Positions 59,995 to 64,000 of a DNA stretch of 64,000 bases are shown here, piece after piece. How positions within the stretch are numbered: the first letter of the stretch is position 1; every line of letters starts with the position of its first letter. The stretch comes from a bacterium (lineage in GTDB: Bacteria; Electryoneota; Electryoneia; Electryoneales; Electryoneaceae). Below the pieces are notes generated by a model. The model worked only from the letters and a program-made list of their open reading frames with translations. It did no database searches and was not told where the DNA came from. The translations under genes were made by a program, and so were the position numbers. Where the stretch lies: the NCBI GenBank assembly GCA_963675295.2, contig CAXXKJ010000002.1:1632001-1696000 (forward strand), in the 5' to 3' direction.

Positions 59995-61833
59995 ATGAAG
60001 GGCTTCATTCTGACACTGGCCACATTCGCTCTGGTGATGATGGCTATATCACCCGTTTTCGCGGAGACCATTAACGTACCTGGAGACTACGACACTATCC
60101 AGGAAGCTTTGGATGTAGCGGAATCCGGCGATGAAGTGCTGGTGCAACCCGGAACCTACTATGAGAACCTAATTTGGCCATCAATCAATGGCATCGAACT
60201 GGTTGCTGCTGGTGATACGAGCAACACATTCATCGATGGCAACAGTCTGGATCGTGTACTCACCATCGTTAGTGAAGGTGAGATTGATGCGTCAACAAAC
60301 ATTCAAGGATTTACGATTCAGAATGGTGTTGCAGATGGGGATATGCCCGACTGTTTTGGTGGTGGAATGCTCTGTATTGGCTCCAGCCCAACAATCATGG
60401 AATGTTCCTTCAAGAGCAATTCAGCTCGTAGTGGTGGAGGACTTTTCTTCATGGAATCGTTCTCACATATCAGTGACTGCGATTTTTCATGGAATTCAGC
60501 AGAGGAAGATGGAGCTGGTTTATTTGTCAATGAATCGGGCGTTTTGCTTAGCGATTGCATGATCAACAATAACACAGCAAGCGTTTCTCTGGAAGGAGGA
60601 GGTGGCGGGGCTTTTTCGTTGAATTCAGACATAGAATTCCAGGGCTGTATAATCCAGGACAACGTTTCCATCCCGTATTACGGCGGTGGAATGTATTGCA
60701 TAGAGTCGACAATCCAGATGATCGATTGCGACATCAGCAACAACATTGCTGGCATTGATGGTGGTGGCATTGTGTGTGATGAAAACATTGACTTGTCGCT
60801 ATTCGCCTGTACCATCCATGGAAATGAAGCCCATTATGGTGGCGGGATGTACATTGAGTCAAGCGATTTTACTACCATCGTCGATACCCACATTTTTGAG
60901 AACAGTGCATATGAGGGTGGTGGTATCCTTTGTGTGTCTTCTTCCCTGATTGAAGTCATCAATTGCCATATTTCTGCAAACCAGGTAGTTGGAGAAGGAG
61001 GTGGAGTTTACAGCGAGAATTCAGGTCTGGATGCAAGCAGAAGTGTGATTATTGGAAATACTGCGTACGACGGAGGAGGGTTCGCGCTAAACAATTGTGA
61101 TGCAGTGATTAGTAACTGCACCATTTTCGAAAATGCAGCCAACGTGAATGGTGATGGTGGAGGTATCTATTTGCGTGGCCAGTCGAATCCTGTAATCACA
61201 AATTGTGCCATAACAGATAATTCGGGTGAAGGTCTATACGTAACGGACGGCAGTCCAAATGTTTCATTCAATGATTGCTTCAACAACAGTGGCGGTAACT
61301 ATGGTGGAGCAGGTGTCGATACTGATCTTGGAGTACCCACGGGTGAAAACGCCAACGGCGATCCGTGTGACAATTTCGACAACATCGCTCTCGACCCAAT
61401 GTATTTCGATCCGGACAACGATGACTTTCATCTTCAGGACAGTTCTCCCTGCATAGATGCTGGCGATCCCGCCAGTCCTCTCGACCCGGACAATACCGTA
61501 GCCGATATCGGCGCATTCTATTATGATCCTCTTTCTGTCGCGGACTTGGCAGATACCGAATTACCTGGCAGTTATGTCATCTCCCCGGCCTATCCGAATC
61601 CGTTCAACCCAACGACGACGATCAGTGTAACTCTTCCCCGACCAGCCGATCTGAACGTTTCCGTATTCAACATCAATGGACAACAAGTCGCGTCGTTGGC
61701 ATCCGGGACATATCACGTCGGTTCACATACGTTCACCTTCGATGCATCGAACCTAGCCAGCGGGTTGTACTTCATCCGCGCAGCTTTCCCCGGACATCTC
61801 GACCAAGTTCAGAAGATCATGCTGGTGCGATAA
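59995..61833 (+). CDS. Right-handed parallel beta-helix (GGG-repeat) secreted protein with T9SS sorting domain
   Basis: Start after GGAGG; signal VFA-E; N.A..GGG repeats; DFHL..SPCIDAGDP; YPNPFNP tail. Confidence 0.9.
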   Translation: MKGFILTLATFALVMMAISPVFAETINVPGDYDTIQEALDVAESGDEVLVQPGTYYENLIWPSINGIELVAAGDTSNTFIDGNSLDRVLTIVSEGEIDASTNIQGFTIQNGVADGDMPDCFGGGMLCIGSSPTIMECSFKSNSARSGGGLFFMESFSHISDCDFSWNSAEEDGAGLFVNESGVLLSDCMINNNTASVSLEGGGGGAFSLNSDIEFQGCIIQDNVSIPYYGGGMYCIESTIQMIDCDISNNIAGIDGGGIVCDENIDLSLFACTIHGNEAHYGGGMYIESSDFTTIVDTHIFENSAYEGGGILCVSSSLIEVINCHISANQVVGEGGGVYSENSGLDASRSVIIGNTAYDGGGFALNNCDAVISNCTIFENAANVNGDGGGIYLRGQSNPVITNCAITDNSGEGLYVTDGSPNVSFNDCFNNSGGNYGGAGVDTDLGVPTGENANGDPCDNFDNIALDPMYFDPDNDDFHLQDSSPCIDAGDPASPLDPDNTVADIGAFYYDPLSVADLADTELPGSYVISPAYPNPFNPTTTISVTLPRPADLNVSVFNINGQQVASLASGTYHVGSHTFTFDASNLASGLYFIRAAFPGHLDQVQKIMLVR

Positions 61834-61864
61834 CTGAAACTAACATTTGACTTCGCAAAAGGCT

Positions 61865-61896
61865 AAAAGGGGACGACATTGATCGTCCCCTTGTTT
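61865..61896. terminator. Bidirectional terminator
   Basis: AAGGGGACGA-cattga-TCGTCCCCTT between convergent genes. Confidence 0.75.
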
Positions 61897-61999
61897 GTTC
61901 ACCACTTCGACTTGATCCACTTCATCAGGACTGATGCACCTTCAATCGCTGTTTCAGCAGCTTTCCCGATTTCGCGCCAGGGGATACGTGCAATTATCA

Positions 62000-62749
62000 T
62001 CAGTTGTCCTCCCCGGATACACGGTCGCCCGGATCATCGAAATCCTGTTCCTGAATCACGCCAAACGCTTGACGACATTCTTCGCGAAGTTGCATGGCCA
62101 CATCCAGTTCCTGCTGAGTGACAACACGGTCAATGCTGCACTGAACTTCAGCCCAACGATAGCCGTTGCGTTGAACGTCAGACAAACTGAATCGTGTGAT
62201 GACTGCAATGGCTGGCGCTTTCGACCGGGCAAGCCGTTGCAGGTGATTCCGCCAGTGCTTGATGGAAGTCGGGGACAGGTTGAAAACCACAAGCTGCGGT
62301 TTGGTTTCCAGGTACGTCAGGATGAACAAGCGTACCTTGTCCTTGGCCTGTGAAGCCAGGTGAATGGAACCGTCACCGCTGGTGGTCTTTCCGTCGATAG
62401 CGCTGTAGCGTGGGATCTGTTCACCTTCTACCCAAAGCGCACTTACAGTCTGACTGAACACGACAATTCCACTGAAGACGTTGTCCGGTACATCAACCTG
62501 GTCTTCCTGGTTTTCGTCGTAGGATTCGCCGTTGTCGATGAACATGCGATGCCGGCCAGATGGACTGTGGTCAATGCGGACACGAACCAACGACGGTGGG
62601 ATGTTTTCCATCATCGCAGCCACTTCAGTTTCGATATCGATACTGTCCAACTGGTTAATGGCATCCAGGACAACAACGCCCGATTCATCTGAACCGGGCT
62701 TCTGTCGAGCAGGTGTACCGTTACGTGTTTTTGTGTTTTGTTGTGTCAT
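62000..62749 (-). CDS. Phage-type hypothetical protein, possibly ssDNA-binding
   Basis: GIVV, S.DG, RLFIL, LSPTSIK, VITRFSL motifs; acidic C-terminal tail; coupled to the nuclease gene. Confidence 0.55.
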   Translation of the reverse strand: MTQQNTKTRNGTPARQKPGSDESGVVVLDAINQLDSIDIETEVAAMMENIPPSLVRVRIDHSPSGRHRMFIDNGESYDENQEDQVDVPDNVFSGIVVFSQTVSALWVEGEQIPRYSAIDGKTTSGDGSIHLASQAKDKVRLFILTYLETKPQLVVFNLSPTSIKHWRNHLQRLARSKAPAIAVITRFSLSDVQRNGYRWAEVQCSIDRVVTQQELDVAMQLREECRQAFGVIQEQDFDDPGDRVSGEDN

Positions 62750-63651
62750 GCAGCTTCTCCCGTTATGGTCAAGGATTCGATGGATCGTACCTGCCTGGAT
62801 GACAGACCGTCACCTTGTGCATCTGACAGGCAGATGTCAGCGAATGCACACGCAGGACAGTTGATCATGCCTGGGTTACGTGGGAACACACCTCGGTTGA
62901 TGTTGCTGGCTATCGCAGTCAGGTCACGCTTCAGCGTAACCATTTGCTTGCGACTACGACTGGTGCAACGACGCGGATCACCACGTTCATCACCTGCGAC
63001 AAACCCGTTACCGTTTCGCTTGTAGGGGATGTGGTCGCGAAGCTGGTAGTACACGATATCCAGCTTTTCCGGTGGGATTTCCAGCATCCGCATCGTACCG
63101 TCGGGCATCTTGAACACACCATGCCAACAGGCAAGTGCGTACAGACCGAGCTGGTAATCCAAGTCGAGAAATTGCTGGTTCGGTGGGAACTTGGATGACT
63201 TGAAGTCCACTAACTGCCAACGGTTGCCATCCTGGCGGATCTGATCGACCGTCCCGCTGAAGACGTTCCTACCCACCTTCAGCATGAACGTGGCTTCGGA
63301 CAGGATGACGTCGGCATCATGGTTGTAGTCTTTATCCCTGTAGTTTCCCAACATCTGAACAGCCTCTTCGACCAGGGCTGTGATCGTTGCATCCCGCTCC
63401 TCCTTATAGAAGACAGGTGTGTCGGATTCATCCCCACGGAATTCCTCGTGGTCGAATTGTTCCCGGTAACGGGCGGCGATGTCCAGATCCCAGTTGACCA
63501 GGTGCATCTCTTCGATAAGCTGATGAAGAACACGGCCATGCAGTGCAGCTAGTGATCGGAATGCCGAAGGAATCTGATCGATGTATCGGTACTTGAAGCT
63601 GGCAGGACACCACAGGTAGGACTTGATGAGGGACTGACGTAGAACGTCGAT
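62746..63651 (-). CDS. PD-(D/E)XK nuclease (RecB/AddB/Cas4-like)
   Basis: SLIKSYLWCPASFKYRYI...HGRVLH (upstream of the track start), E...GTVD...LVDFKS, QLGLY, C..C.F...C; start inferred at ATC 63651. Confidence 0.88.
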   Translation of the reverse strand: MDVLRQSLIKSYLWCPASFKYRYIDQIPSAFRSLAALHGRVLHQLIEEMHLVNWDLDIAARYREQFDHEEFRGDESDTPVFYKEERDATITALVEEAVQMLGNYRDKDYNHDADVILSEATFMLKVGRNVFSGTVDQIRQDGNRWQLVDFKSSKFPPNQQFLDLDYQLGLYALACWHGVFKMPDGTMRMLEIPPEKLDIVYYQLRDHIPYKRNGNGFVAGDERGDPRRCTSRSRKQMVTLKRDLTAIASNINRGVFPRNPGMINCPACAFADICLSDAQGDGLSSRQVRSIESLTITGEAA

Positions 63652-63671
63652 AAATGACCACCCCCTTTCGA

Positions 63672-64000
63672 TCAGTTTGGCGACAGGAAGTACTGCGACA
63701 CACGACGGTTCAGGTTTTCAGCGCTGAAACGTTCCTGCTTGGTAAGCACGTCAGTTGCTGCGTTGTACACACCCCAAGCCGTATCATCTTCGATACCGTT
63801 GAACACCTTCGCCTGGGTTGTGATCGGCAGGTTGGTTTCACGGAAGAACTTCTGGATGTCCGCACGTCGCATCCGCTTGTGGGTAAGGTCAACCAGCATC
63901 GGCAATACCATGTGGAGACGGTTACCAACACGATCCAACTGGCGAGCCGCAACACGCAGTTCGCGGTCGAAATCCTTACTTCCCCAGTGCTTGAATCGGA
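63672..64000 (-). CDS. DUF932/DUF945-like protein, 5' partial
   Basis: Frame is open to the window edge (RFKHWG...), C-terminal TAWGVYNAAT motif. Confidence 0.65.
   Translation of the reverse strand, partial: RFKHWGSKDFDRELRVAARQLDRVGNRLHMVLPMLVDLTHKRMRRADIQKFFRETNLPITTQAKVFNGIEDDTAWGVYNAATDVLTKQERFSAENLNRRVSQYFLSPN

Larger units (their letters stand above)
54054..64000. mobile_element. ssrA-integrated satellite/PICI-like or IME-like island; right end outside the window
   Basis: Integrase directly after the tmRNA 3' end, drop in GC, P4-type primase-helicase, phage-type recombination genes; no structural or conjugation genes in view. Confidence 0.85.

Noticed and set aside
62746-63651. Cas4 / CRISPR-Cas system
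   Set aside because: No repeat-spacer array or other cas genes seen; context is a phage-type recombination module

Overview
GC-rich bacterial chromosome segment; nine T9SS/Por-type C-terminal sorting domains suggest an FCB-superphylum lineage (inference). Left part (1-54053): MrfA/YprA-type DEAH helicase fused to an RNase H-like exonuclease, GT2, a signal-peptide-bearing DEDD exonuclease, tgt, zntB, radA, a MarR-RND efflux operon, SDR, a TonB-dependent receptor operon, a selenocysteine peroxiredoxin (in-frame TGA plus SECIS), mreBCD-mrdA-rodA, a Pit transporter with a Pho-box-like repeat, hslVU, an M23 peptidase, a Phd/RelE TA pair and tmRNA. Right part (54054 to beyond 64000): a satellite-like element at the ssrA 3' end with integrase, HTH, AEP-primase/SF3 helicase, putative ori, a cargo zone and a DUF932/PD-(D/E)XK/SSB-like module. 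The most striking pattern is a family of modular secreted proteins: signal peptide + variable passenger + an unnamed ~110-aa beta-rich domain (7 of 9) + sorting tail. There is DNA-level evidence of module exchange (a chimaeric gene, AT-rich passengers in GC-richer frames), and one member is carried by the mobile element. All calls come from motif recognition by eye; no database searches were run.
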